A stretch of 49,659 nucleotides of DNA, filler included, from Bipalium vagum (taxonomy: Eukaryota), in assembly GCA_037834085.1 (NCBI GenBank). It is 3 parts of 3 records of this genome, joined end to end, with 100 filler letters (N's around TTAATTAATTAA, not from the genome) between each part and the next. Parts side by side here need not be neighbours in the genome. Positions count along the whole stretch, not along the records: positions 1 to 17,337 come from JBBMKC010070624.1; 2 more parts are not named here. One strand, given 5' to 3'. Of this stretch, positions 1 through 11,827 are shown piece after piece (the first letter of the stretch is position 1; each line of letters starts with the position of its first letter). Position numbers and translations under genes: made by a program. The notes beneath the pieces were generated by a model. It saw only the letters and a list, made by a program, of their open reading frames with translations, was not told where the DNA came from and did no database searches.

Positions 1-1373
1 TTAAACCAAACACTTCAATAATAACATAAAAATAAAGAAATTTTATATATTTTTTTCATAATCCTAATAATTTGCTGAGTCATAGAAAAATATGACAAAT
101 ATAACTTAAATTAAAATAAATGATTTATAATAAAATGATTCTAAATTAATTTTTATTTATTTATTAATATTAATATTGATTTTTTTTTATTATTATTATA
201 ATTATTATTATTAATGTAGATTTTTTTAATATTAATGTTAAATGTCTCTAGTAAATCAAACTTTCATATATATATATATAACTTAAATATTAACTTTCAT
301 TTTGATATAACTTAAATTTAGATATTTAAATAAATTCAAAAAAATACTACTTCTACTACTAATAATAATAAAATAATAATAATAATATTAATAGTAATAA
401 AAAAAAATAATAAATTTCATTTATTCATTTGCTAAGAAATCATGGATTTCTCTAAGAATTTTATTTTCCATGTATACTCGTCAAAACAAGCCAACTACTA
501 AATCAAGTAAAAATATGTATATATGGATTTATTAATTATATCACAAGACTTTTTCTATCACAAAACAGCCAATGACAACACATAATAGTCAATTAATAAT
601 TTTTAAAGGATCTCAGAAAACCAAAGGGAAAATCCCAATGCAGTTATTTATTGAGAAGTAAAAACACATAATAATTATAAAGACGATACTCGCGACTGAG
701 ACGACTTGTTGAAGATATTACGAGAGAACGTAATTTATACATTGGATTTCATAAATTAAAAATTTTTACCAAAAGGATATAATTTAGACGACATTTTTAG
801 AATATTAAAACAAACGACATTCACGTTTTGTGTCACAGTGTTTTTCCAACAAGAATTTTGCTTCATCAAAAAAAGAAAAACTATGGTCCATACTGCGTTT
901 TTTGTTTAAATATTTCACTTAAAAACAGAAGTAACTCATATTAATTAAAATTAGAATTTTTCTATCAGTAAAACAATTTTGAGAGTGAAAAGGAATTAAG
1001 TCTCTTTATTTTCTGTCACAGAAAATGAGACTGAAATTTTATTTATTTATTTTTATTTTTTATTATTATCTTTCGCTTAAAAATTAAAATAAACTTGCCC
1101 TCTCGTTATTGTTAAGCTGGAAACTAATTATTTCACCAAGGGAATTGTTGTGGGACAATAAATTTCTAAAATCAAACTTTGCTATATGAAGCTTTCGTAT
1201 TAATTATAACAAAAAAATAATAGAGAACCTTTGATGTCATAATGACTTTTATTTAATGGTTCTTTTTACTGTTATTGCTATTGTTATCAATGAGTAAGAA
1301 TTTTGAAAATATTGTTTCAATGGAACGATAAATAATATAAATAATAAATATAATAGTAATAAATATAATACTA

Positions 1374-1375
<2 letters not shown>

Positions 1376-1423
<48 letters not shown>
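1376..1423. repeat. (AAT)n microsatellite
   Basis: Direct reading; explains the poly-Ile and poly-Tyr ORFs. Confidence 0.95.
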
Positions 1424-1427
<4 letters not shown>

Positions 1428-3248
1428 TCAAATATTGAAAGAAATAAAATATCCATATTTATCTCCTGTGTTATTATTGTTTAAATCGATAATTATAATG
1501 CAATTATAACTTTGAAAATATTTAATATTCACAGATTTTATTTAGAATATGATAATTTTACTGTTCTAAACAATATCGTTTAGATTTAAAAGTTTTCGAA
1601 TTATTTAAAAACATTATTATGATAATTATTCTTAAAGCAATATGTTAAAACAAAATTTAAATAAAAAATAAAAAAATTTACTAATAAAAGTTAAAAAATA
1701 TTTAAAAATAGAATGTTTCATAATTTTCTTAAATTATCAAATTTTAGGAATTAATTTTTGAAAATAAAAGAAAAAAAGTCATTTGCAAATTAAATATTTC
1801 TAGAAAAATATATAATTGAAATAATATTTAATATTAATAATATACTCAAAATTATTTTTAAAAAAGTATAATGATGAAAAAAAATTTACAAAGTTGATAT
1901 TAATAAAATAATAAATAATATAAAAAGCTTAAAAAAGAATACATTTTAAATTTATATTTAAAATGATAAATATAAAAAAATAATAATAAATAAAATAAAG
2001 TTAAATTAAAATAAATTAAATTAAAATAAATAAATATAATGAAATAATAATAAATATAATAAAATAATAATATTGAAAATAATAAATATATAACAAATAA
2101 TTATTAAAAAAAGTACAAAAAAGTACAATCCAAATATTGATCAATAAATTATCAATTAAATGTAATTTTTTGTTTTTATAGATTATTTGATGGCGTCATT
2201 AAAATTGAATTAACAAATATTGAAAAAATAAAAAGAAATAACTATTAACACTTCAAACAAAATCAAATAAAACAATCATTAAGACTTGAGATAAATACAA
2301 AAGGAAAGCGAGAAATTATTTTCACAATTTTTCGAAAAATCCCTCTTTTCTCTTTTATCTAATCTTACTGAAGCAATTAAAATGTTTAAATGTTATAGTC
2401 AAGATCGTTTTCCACAGCAGCGTCAAGTGCAACGATTCTATTTTGATATATAAATTATTTTATCTCCAACGAATTCGATTCTGGTGAGAAATAAATAAAT
2501 AAATAAATATATTTGATTGAGTTGCTGAAAATCAATAAAAAAAGGAATATAAAAAAATATAAATAACAATATAAATCATCAATGGGCAACCGGTTATGTC
2601 AATGATAATTATTTGTTTAACAACGATTATTTATTATTATTATTATTATTTTTATTTCCAATAATAATTGGGCAATATATTATCGCTTCAAAATGAGTTT
2701 AGAGCTCGCAAAACATTTTGGGTGGGGATCAAATTATAAATAAATAATTCCATTAAGTGCCATCAAAAATATTTTGTCCAATCTAATTTCATTTCTTTTC
2801 ATATATATAAAATATATATAATATAATATATATAAATATGATACTAGAAATATTTCTAGACATTTTAACAATTAAAAATCAATTTTTTATTACATTATTT
2901 TTTACGACGTAATAAATAATTTCACGGACCTTCTAAAGTTAATTACTTTGAAAAATTGCGAGACGAAAATGTTAATTTTTATCTTATTTATAACAGATAT
3001 CATCTCGTTATACGGTGAATGTGGGTTTAGTTGATCTAATTAAATTGATTTAATGTAATTGTTGTAGAGAGAGTTTAATTTCTTTTTATTAACGAGAAAT
3101 AATTTTGTGAAATAATTAATGTAAAAATTGCTAAAGTTCTAGTTATTTTTTATTAACTTTCAAAATTATGAAAGGAAAAAAAATATTAAAACATTTTGAT
3201 TGGTTTAAATAAATAATGAGATTTTTAGATAAATTTTATGTTATATTA

Positions 3249-4413
3249 TTAAATTGTTTAAAAAATAATGTCGGTTTTTGACCTTAAACGTTTAATGCAT
3301 TTATTTCAACTAAAACGAAACTTCATTGATTAATATTAAAGAAAATATTTGATTCAATAAATTTTGACCAACAAGACAAGTTTATTTATGCCAGTAACAA
3401 AAAATTTACGAGTTTTAAAACGGACGAAGTCCTTGAAGGCGGTTTTAAAGTTGTCTTGATTTCTAAAAAATTTATTTCTTAAGATTTCCAAATGTTTAAA
3501 GAAGTGGAAATCAGCGGGGCGAAAGATCCGGGAAATATGGTGAATATTGAAGAATTTCGTAGCCTAACTGGTTAAATTTTTTGTAGGGTCAATTGTGCTT
3601 CTTGCTTCCGAGCGTTATCGTGACACAGAATCGGTTTTTTTCTATTGACTAATGCTGGATGATGTTGTCGAAGTTTTGGTGCATTTCATGACAGTATATA
3701 TCTGCTATAATCGTTTCAACCAGATTCAATAAAGCACGAGCTCAGACCACCATACAATCACTGTTACCTTCCTTTGGTCTAACTTTGGGTTTGAAAATGT
3801 TGTGAAGCCTGTTCATAATCTATCTCGTGAGATGACAGCCATCGGTGTTCATACAATATCAACTTTTTATCGCACGTCACAATTAATGATGATTATTGCC
3901 ACTCAAAATGAACGAAGAAGTCCACTAGTCGAGATTTTCTGAACTTACCAAGTTCTGCTATTGTGGTTCAAGATTGTTTCAATTGTAACACCTAAATCTT
4001 CAATCAAGTTCCCTATCTGTCATACGAGAATTCGACTCGTATTAAATTGGTTAGCCTTCAATTGGTTATTACTGATGACCGTCTTGTCTACGACTTTCGT
4101 CCTCGTGTGTCTCACTTCCATTGTGAAAATTATTGAATCAACGTTGTCGAGAAACACGCAGTTAAATTTACGACTTGCTCCTGCTGCTTTGCAACGAAGT
4201 TTAAACTTGTATAAGAAAGCATTTTCTTATTTTCCATATTGTCTTATAAAATTAATAAGTAGGTAATTTAAATTTAAATAATGAAGACATTTTGAAAAGC
4301 GAACACTTCAAAGATGATATATAATATGAATTAAAACAATGCAAAAATCATGTCAAAATAACGTAAAATAAACGATATTTGTAAAAAGAGACATTAATTT
4401 TTAAACAACCTAA
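3249..4413 (-). mobile_element. Degenerate mariner transposon, cecropia/Hsmar1-like
   Basis: TA-flanked imperfect TIRs (ttaaattgtttaaaaaataatgtcggttttt vs revcomp of right end ttaggttgtttaaaaattaatgtctcttttt); minus-strand remnants such as KTAFKDFVRFKTRKFFVTGINKL; many stops and frameshifts. Confidence 0.85.
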
Positions 4414-4479
4414 TATATATTCTATATATATTTATTTCTGTTATATCCTCGACAGAAGACAAGCAATCATTTCGTAAAA

Positions 4480-4807
4480 CCAATGATCTTCAGATTTACT
4501 TACTATTCAGTCTTTTACTATATGTTATATCTTTGGGGTTATCTTAAAGATAAGGTATATGTCAACAAACCCCAAACCATTGATGAGCTAAAAGAAATTC
4601 GAAACAGGATGGCTGACATTTCAAAGGGCCAATGCCAAAATGTGATAACCTGTGCTTGTACGTACAAGGCACTCAATTTTCAGATGTCTTGTTTCATAAA
4701 TAACCTCATTGCTCGTATTTTTGAATAAAGTTAAATCTGTTTCAAAATGTTGTAAAAATATATGTTTATTGATAAATTAAAATGTCTGTCTTTTATGAAT
4801 GACCCTT
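4480..4807 (+). mobile_element. 3' fragment of a Tc3-like Tc1/mariner-superfamily element
   Basis: LWGYLKDKVYVNKPQTIDELKEIR motif typical of the post-catalytic region; ends in TIR-like ...gaatgaccctt followed by TA. Confidence 0.7.
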
Positions 4808-5659
4808 TACTTACCTCCTAATACCTCTTCAATAATTCAGAAATTGGGTCAAGGAATGATCTGTCTTTTAAGCAAAATTATTAAAAAAATACTTGTCAGG
4901 AATTTATTTGTTTAATTTGAATCAATAAATATTGATTATCATTTCTTGGCTAGAAATTTTAAACTGATAAATTCTCTTCATATAATCTTACAAGCCTGGA
5001 ATAATGATAGTGTTGATGTAATTTAAAACTGCTTTCAGAAAGCACTAAAGAACTTTTACGTAGATTGTACAGGTTTTATAAATACCGAAAATGATGATAG
5101 TGATCTTGATCAATTTACAGAGGCAACAGATCATTTAGAAGATCCAAAAGAAGAAAGTAATATACAAAATGAAATTTCATGATTCCATATATTTCTTTGA
5201 TAAACTTAGAAAACGTTTTTCCTGTTATACAGGGTTATTCCTTAATATATTTAAAAGTATAACTTAATATATTTAAAAGTATAACTTAATATATTTAAAA
5301 GTATAACTTAATATATTTAAAAGTATAACTTTTTATATTTAAAAGTATAACTTAATATATTTAACAATTAGTTTAAAAAAACAGATGAAACAGAAACATA
5401 TATTCCCGAAACATTGAATGAAGTTCATAAAATGAAGGATGGGTTATTAAGAAAACGAGAATCACAAAATATTAAAATGTTCGATTTTTTCATAAAAAAT
5501 TGGAAATGTGTGGCGTATCACAAAATAAAAAATGTTATTCCGTTATTTATCAATTCGTAATTATTTTAATTGTGTGATTATGTAACTTTTTATCGTAAAG
5601 TCTATAGTGAACAGATCAGTTTTTCCAAAATTTGCTGTTTCTTATCACAGGTTTGACAG
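4808..5659 (+). mobile_element. pogo/Tigger-like transposon relic (3' half)
   Basis: YLPPNTSSIIQKLGQGMI matches the pogo DDE motif FLPPNTTSxIQPxDQGII; AWNN...NCFQKA; acidic tail; KMFDFF; right TIR cttatcacaggtttgacag followed by TA. Confidence 0.75.
5241..5364. repeat. Tandem minisatellite, 22-bp unit CTTAATATATTTAAAAGTATAA, about 5.6 copies
   Basis: Units start at 5241, 5263, 5285, 5307, 5329 (variant) and 5351 (partial). Confidence 0.95.
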
Positions 5660-6508
5660 TATTTAAAACAATTTGTTAAAGGCATAAGACAAATCGAACA
5701 ATTGAATGATGTGATAATTTAATTAGTCTGAAAAATCCTATTTTACGTAATAAATATAATTATGGACTTGAAATATCTTGGTGTTAAAAAATAGCAGTGT
5801 TAAAAATAGTAATGATAATAATAATGATAAAAACAACAATAATTTTAATAATTCCCTTCAAAGATTCAATTTAATAATTCCTAATAGAGTGTAGGTAATG
5901 GGTTGCAGCCTCACACATTATTAAAACTCCATAATGAAATTATTGAGATACATAATAATTATCCTCCAGACTGCTAATCCAAGCAGCAGAGGCTCATTAC
6001 AACCTTTAAATTACGAGAAGTAATTATTCTGCTTCTGGTTGCAAACGGTAATTTACGAAGCATTTTCCCAGTTTAAATAAAAATAATATAATCGCATTAA
6101 TAATAATGATAGAAAATACAGAAAAGAGAAAGAATACGAGGATAAGATGATCATTTTCACAACAAATAAATAATTTTTATTTCTCAAAATGACAAAATGA
6201 AACAATATAAGAGGATAATTACAGGCTGGTATTGAACCAAATGATATGTTATGGCTTCATTTAGAATTCACCAAAACAGTTCTTTTAATTTTATAAATCA
6301 TAAATATCAATTTTCTCCAGTTGCCATTTCAAAGGCGACTTTCAGTGATAAAAATTTTATTATTTTGTTTTATTTGATCAACCAAAAAACATACCTAAAT
6401 TCACAGTAGGGAATGCAATAATTATTGTTAGGTGTATGATAAGTAAAGAAATTGAAAACACCCTCAACAGTGATCTTTAACTAGCACTCATTTATTAATA
6501 TTAATAAT

Positions 6509-6555
6509 ATAATAATAATAATAATAATTATTATTATTATTATTATTATTATTAT
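6509..6555. repeat. (AAT)n/(TTA)n inverted microsatellite
   Basis: Perfect palindrome 6509-6546. Confidence 0.9.
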
Positions 6556-7341
6556 GATTTTTTCCAAGTTTTTAGTAAAAATAACTTTTGCCATTCAATA
6601 GTCTAATTGATTTCTTTATTAACATTTTTAAAATCCCCATGACTCCTGATTTGAATTATATAATTTGTGAAATATTAATGATTTCCCATAAATTTAAATT
6701 GATAAACCTTCAGTAAAATTGATATCTGTTTCCTTAAAAGCGTTCTTATAACGTCATATATGCTGTTCTTATGTCTTTCACACAACATGCATTCCTGAGG
6801 GTGCAATCTGAACAATGTCTTAGATGTGTCAAACGTAAAATATTTTACACCACTTAACTGAAGGATTACTTTTCAATTAAGTTTTTAAATAGGATCTTAA
6901 AATAATTCACAATAATAAGAGATAAGTATTAAATGCTTCGAGAAACCAAAAAGACAGTTATTACAACTCTTGATGTTAATATGGTAACTAAACTGGTCTT
7001 GAATCTAATATGGAACGCTTCTTCCCAAAGACTTTCAGCAGAGGTGTTGTTATGGAAAAATTCATTGGTCAATTTTTAAGATATTTTGCTGTTAAAGATA
7101 CATCAGTAAGACGAAGAGTTTCTAATTTATTTTCTGCATTATATTGTCTTAAAAGAGAAGGTCTAAAATGTTTTTTGATCCTAACCAAGTCTTCAAATCA
7201 AGATCTAAGTCGATCAACAAATTAAATAAAAATGTTTTCAATATACATTTGTAAGACAATGTTTTTTATCCGAAATGTTCAAGAAAATATTGATTAAATT
7301 TTTTATATTAATATTAATAATGAAACAATAAAAAACCTTAC

Positions 7342-7402
7342 CAAAGAGTAACAACTTCATTGGAATAAGCTTTGGTAGGAATAGACTGAGCTCTCGCAAG
7401 TC
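7342..7402 (-). CDS. CDK17: PCTAIRE CDK exon (activation segment)
   Basis: Acceptor gtttttag|GA, donor TG|gtaagg; encodes (G)[19 protein letters not shown](W); preceded by a 56-nt intron. Confidence 0.93.
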
Positions 7403-10212
7403 CTAAAAACAAGGAATTTACAACAGTTAATGTGAGCTATAGAACGGAAAAATCTGACCGAAATCTGCCAATTTCAGTTCATTTTTTTCGTTAATTAATA
7501 AATTCTGTGGCTTTAAGTCTCTGTGAAGAATCCTCCTTTGATGACAAAAGTCCAGGCCTCTCAATAACTGGTTCATGAAACATTTTATAATTGATGTTTC
7601 AACTTGATTATTTCTCTCTTCCATATACTGCTTGAGATTTTTCTCCTAAAAAATATAAAATATTTATTTACGATTAATTATAATTTTCATCATATAAATT
7701 TAAGAATTAGCAAGAGGGAACAGATTAGGCGTGGGAATTAGTTTGCATCGTTTTGTAATAAACTAATTTATAATATGATTTTGTTTGTATTTTTCAACGA
7801 AAATAAAACTAAAAGGTAATATTTGAGTTTATCTATTAAAATTAATATCGATTATTTGTTTATCTTAGTTAACTTAATTATTATTTCAGTCGGAAATGTA
7901 AAATTATATATCGACAAAGATCATTTTCGTGAAGCAATATTATTTTGCTTTAACTTAAAGAAATCCTCAGAAAAACCTTTAGATTATTGTAACAAGATTA
8001 AGACGAACATGACCTATTGCATATCCGCTATCCGAAACTACTTTCCGATTTAACAGAGGTGAATAAAAAGTAGAAGACAAAAAGGTTAAGGGTAACCAAA
8101 GGAATTTGAAGATGAAGACTTACAAGAATTTGTACAAGAAGACAAACTGACACGAACATTGAATGTTGACAGATATACAGTTAGTAAGTGTTTGGAAATA
8201 ATGGATTACCTCATGAATTGATCGAAAGGTATTAAAAAATTGCAAAACTGTTTTTGAAATTCTTCCAAGGTAACCATTTTTGCATCAAATTGTAACCGGT
8301 GATAAAAAATGGGTGTGATATGAGAAACATAATCAAAAGAAATCCTGGACAATGCTGGTTGAACCATCAACATCGGCAGTACGAAAATAGAGTAATAGAA
8401 ATAAAGTATTGCTATGTATTTGGTCGGACGTAATGGGAATTTTTCACTAGAACTTGTTGAAATCATCTAGAAATGTAACTGGTGAGCGGTATCAACAACA
8501 ATTACTCGATTTAAGTCAAGCTATAAGTTCCAAGAGATCAACAAGACGCGATAACACTATTTTGCAACGCTAAGCCACATGGTGTAATTCGAGTTAAAGA
8601 AACTTTGAAAACACTTAGTTGGGAAATCTTACCGCACCCGCGTTTTCACTAGACATTACACTATCAGACTTTCATTTATTTTGATCTATGCATCATTCTC
8701 TTTCTGAGTATACGTTTAAATCTTATTAAGACATCAAAAATTGAATCGACAATAGGTTGTTTTAAGCAATCAGGATTCCTATACGGTCTGAAAAGTAGTC
8801 AAAGATGGTGGGTTCCAACTAAAATTACTTTCCGTGAAATAAATGTTTTATTAATTTTAAATGAACGAGTTAATTTTTTTATTAAAAAACTGTTGGAAAT
8901 TAATTCCCACACCCAAAGCCATGAATAATAAAAATGGTGATAAAAATATTACTATTAACGAGGGGAAAAACAGATAAAAATTATTTTTGGATTGTAATTG
9001 TTGGATCACGGAAGTAATTCTATTAACTATGCTAAATTAATGATCCAAAGAATCTGCAATCTTGTTCTCATTTAATATATACTTTACTTTCGATGTCGTT
9101 AATTAATTAAATTTCCCAATCTTTGAAGTCCATTAAGCCTTCACTTGCAAATAATCCTTCAGAAATTTTCAAGTAGTGAACATATTAATAGTTTAGATTT
9201 TCACCAAATTCAACTCTTGAAAGCAATTTTTTTTGTAATACATTAAATAAAATAAAATATCTCCTGCTAAGCCAAATTTCGGTGTTACGAAGATTGGTTT
9301 CACTGTGGATATCTGTCAGCAGCTTTGTACACTAATAAAAATTGAAGAGACTTTTATTATGCAATTGTCATAGTTTCCAAATTTCAGTTGAATAAAATCT
9401 GTCAATGAAGTTCAGTGCTTAAGTTTTTATATTTTATCTTATTTGTTATAATATAAATGTAACTATCTCATTAAAGTTTATATTATTATTTAAAATTATT
9501 AATGTAATAATATAATATAACAATTTATAATTAATATAATAATATATAATATTATCATAATATATATAATATATAATAATAATAATTATTATTATAGATT
9601 ATACATTATAATTAATAATATTATTATATAAATTATAATTACTATAAATAAATATCCCATGTAAATCCATCAAACAGATTTGTATTGAATTATTTCTTTT
9701 TACTTTACCATGTCATCAATAAAAATGTGAATAATTTTCTGAGCAAGCAAAATTTAGTATTTATAGCTCAAAAATTAGACAAGTTCAAGGAGGATGACAT
9801 CATGAAGCTTCCTCAAAGATGGCGACAAATAATCAAACAAAATGATGTATATTTTATCGATTATATATACGTATTTTTGTGTTTGAATTGTGTTTCCTTT
9901 CATTGATAGAACTCTATGAACTTATGTTACAGACAGATACGGACAGAAATATTTTTAATATTATAACAATTAATAAATAATTATTTTATGAACAAAACTA
10001 ACTACATATTCGAAAACCAGGGTAAGATAATTTTTTTGGTAAATAATGTCATGGAGAGTTACGATATTCGAGTGCCTTAGATTTCGTAGTAAAGATATCT
10101 CACGAATTGCTGTACAAGGAGCTCCTTCTGCCTCTTCTAGTTTAACTTCTTTAAGAGCAACGTAATCTTTAGTTAACAAGCTTCGTCCTTTATATACAAC
10201 TGAATAAGTTCC
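7342..10212 (-). CDS. CDK17: PCTAIRE-type cyclin-dependent kinase (CDK16/17/18 family), partial gene; three kinase-domain exons 10003-10212, 7459-7645, 7342-7402
   Basis: Spliced translation: [70 protein letters not shown]|[63 protein letters not shown]|[20 protein letters not shown]. It has the PCTAIRE helix, HRDLKPQN and DFG motifs, and all GT-AG junctions are phase-compatible. The symbol is family-level; CDK16/17/18 orthology cannot be resolved. Confidence 0.95.
7459..7645 (-). CDS. CDK17: PCTAIRE CDK exon (catalytic loop, DFG)
   Basis: Acceptor tttttag|GAG, donor TTCG|gtcaga; encodes [12 protein letters not shown]...LADFG. Confidence 0.95.
7725..8916 (+). mobile_element. Degenerate mariner, mauritiana-like, in CDK intron
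   Basis: TIRs ttaggcgtgggaattag... and ...taattcccacacccaa; remnants [44 protein letters not shown]. Confidence 0.85.
9685..9938 (+). mobile_element. Mariner 3' fragment
   Basis: [22 protein letters not shown]-terminal motif followed by TIR-like gaacttatgttacagacagata. Confidence 0.7.
10003..10212 (-). CDS. CDK17: PCTAIRE CDK exon (G-loop to hinge)
   Basis: Acceptor ttttttaag|GGA, donor GTA|gttagt; 210 nt, phase 0/0; encodes VALK and PCTAIRE. Confidence 0.95.
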
Positions 10213-10586
10213 CTTAAAAAATTAATCTTTCACACCAAAATACAAGATGATAAAATAATATAATATTACAAATAATAAAATAATTTAATTAAATAATAAA
10301 TATTTTTATGAAAAAAGATACGATTAGAAAAAAACTGATTCTTTTATAAAGATAATTAACCCCTTCAGATCTGAATTATTGTTAACAGATAAACATATAT
10401 ATTTTTACTAATCAATGGTAAGAAGGACATTAAAAGAGCAAATGTACGAAAATAGAAACATTTATTAAATTTTGATGTCGATAGAGTAAATTACTTCAAA
10501 AGACACTGTTATAGGACATACAATATCAAATGCATAATTCTTCATATGGGGTCTGTAGGGGTTGAACTCATTGGTATCTAAACATA

Positions 10587-11827
10587 TTAGGTGTACAACT
10601 ATGAAAAAAATGATAATAAAATGATAATTAAAATGATAATAAAAATTTTGTTTGCATATATATCTAAATTATATTGAATAGATTTTTAAACAAAAATATC
10701 ATATAATTAATAATATCACGACACAGTTGTTTTAATATTCTTTGTTTAAATATTATACCGATTCAAAATGTCAATATTCATCCAAAATAAACGACATTTG
10801 CGGGAAGTAATTCCACATTACTTTATTGTCAAGAAAACTGCAGCGGAAACGTACCGCTTGCTTCGAGATACCTATGGAGAACATGCTCCTTCGATGACCA
10901 CATGTAAAGATTGGTTTTGCCGTTTTAGAAATGGCCAATATGATTCGAACGACAAGGAGCATGAGAAGCCACAAAAAAGTGAAGATAGAGATATGAGAAG
11001 GCTGTTGGACGAAGACCCATGCCAAACACAATCTGATCTGGCTGTTGCATTAAATGTGACTCAACAATGCATTTCAAAACGTCTAGCAGCTTTAGGAATT
11101 ATTCAAAAATTAGGAATTTAAATCCCACATGAATTGACAGAAAGATGCATTGAACGGCGAAAAACAATTTGTGATGTCCTTGTTCAGAGACAAAAAATGA
11201 AAAGGTTTTTGCATCGAATTATCACAGGAGACGAAAAATGGTTTCGTTATGACAATCCGAAACGCAAAGCAGCTTGGGTGATGCCAGGTGAACCCGGTTC
11301 ATCAACACCGAAACAAAATGTCCACGGTTTGAAAGTTATGTTGTGTGGGATCAGAAAGGAGAACTTTATCGATCATAATTAATTCGTTTGAAGTAAGCTG
11401 TGAATGAAAAACAACCGGAATGGGTTACTAGGCACGAAAAGATAATTTTACAACATGATAACGCAAGACCACACGTTAATTCAGTTGTAAATAATTACTT
11501 AGAAGGTACAAGGTGGGAAGTCTTACCTCACCCGCCCTATTCACCAGACATCGCTCCTTCGGATTATCATTTTGTTCCGATCTTTGCAATCAACACTTTC
11601 CGGAGAGCGATTCAGTTCCCTTAAAGACTTCAAAATTGGATTGACAGCTGGATTTCATGAAACGAGCCAAAGTTTTTCTTTCATGGAATTCATTCGTTAC
11701 CTGAAATGTGGGCAAAGGTTGTAGCTTCCAATGGAATATATTTTCGATAAATGTTTTTAAACAAAATTTGTAATAAATGTCTTTGTTTTCTTATTAAAAA
11801 TAGCCGGAGTTATAGTTGTACACCTAA
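10587..11827 (+). mobile_element. Near full-length mariner, mauritiana (Mos1-like) subfamily, inactive transposase
   Basis: TA-flanked TIRs ttaggtgtacaactat / atagttgtacacctaa. Transposase 10768-~11750 with KKTAAE, IITGDEKW, HDNARPH, HPPYSPDIAPSDY (DD34D); stop at the W of WVPHEL, an internal deletion and frameshifts. Confidence 0.95.

Noticed and set aside
1249-1456. Poly-Ile and poly-Tyr ORFs
   Set aside because: These are translations of the (AAT)n microsatellite.
3961-4266. 101-aa plus-strand ORF
   Set aside because: Antisense to the mariner transposase relic; no independent protein features.
5241-5364. Possible CRISPR-like array
   Set aside because: Head-to-tail repeats without unique spacers, in a eukaryotic context.
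6307-6339. Minus-strand AFEMATGEN, similar to CDK subdomain IX (FYEMATG)
   Set aside because: Immediately followed by TGA, lacks the GVGCI/PLFPG context and usable splice sites; likely chance.
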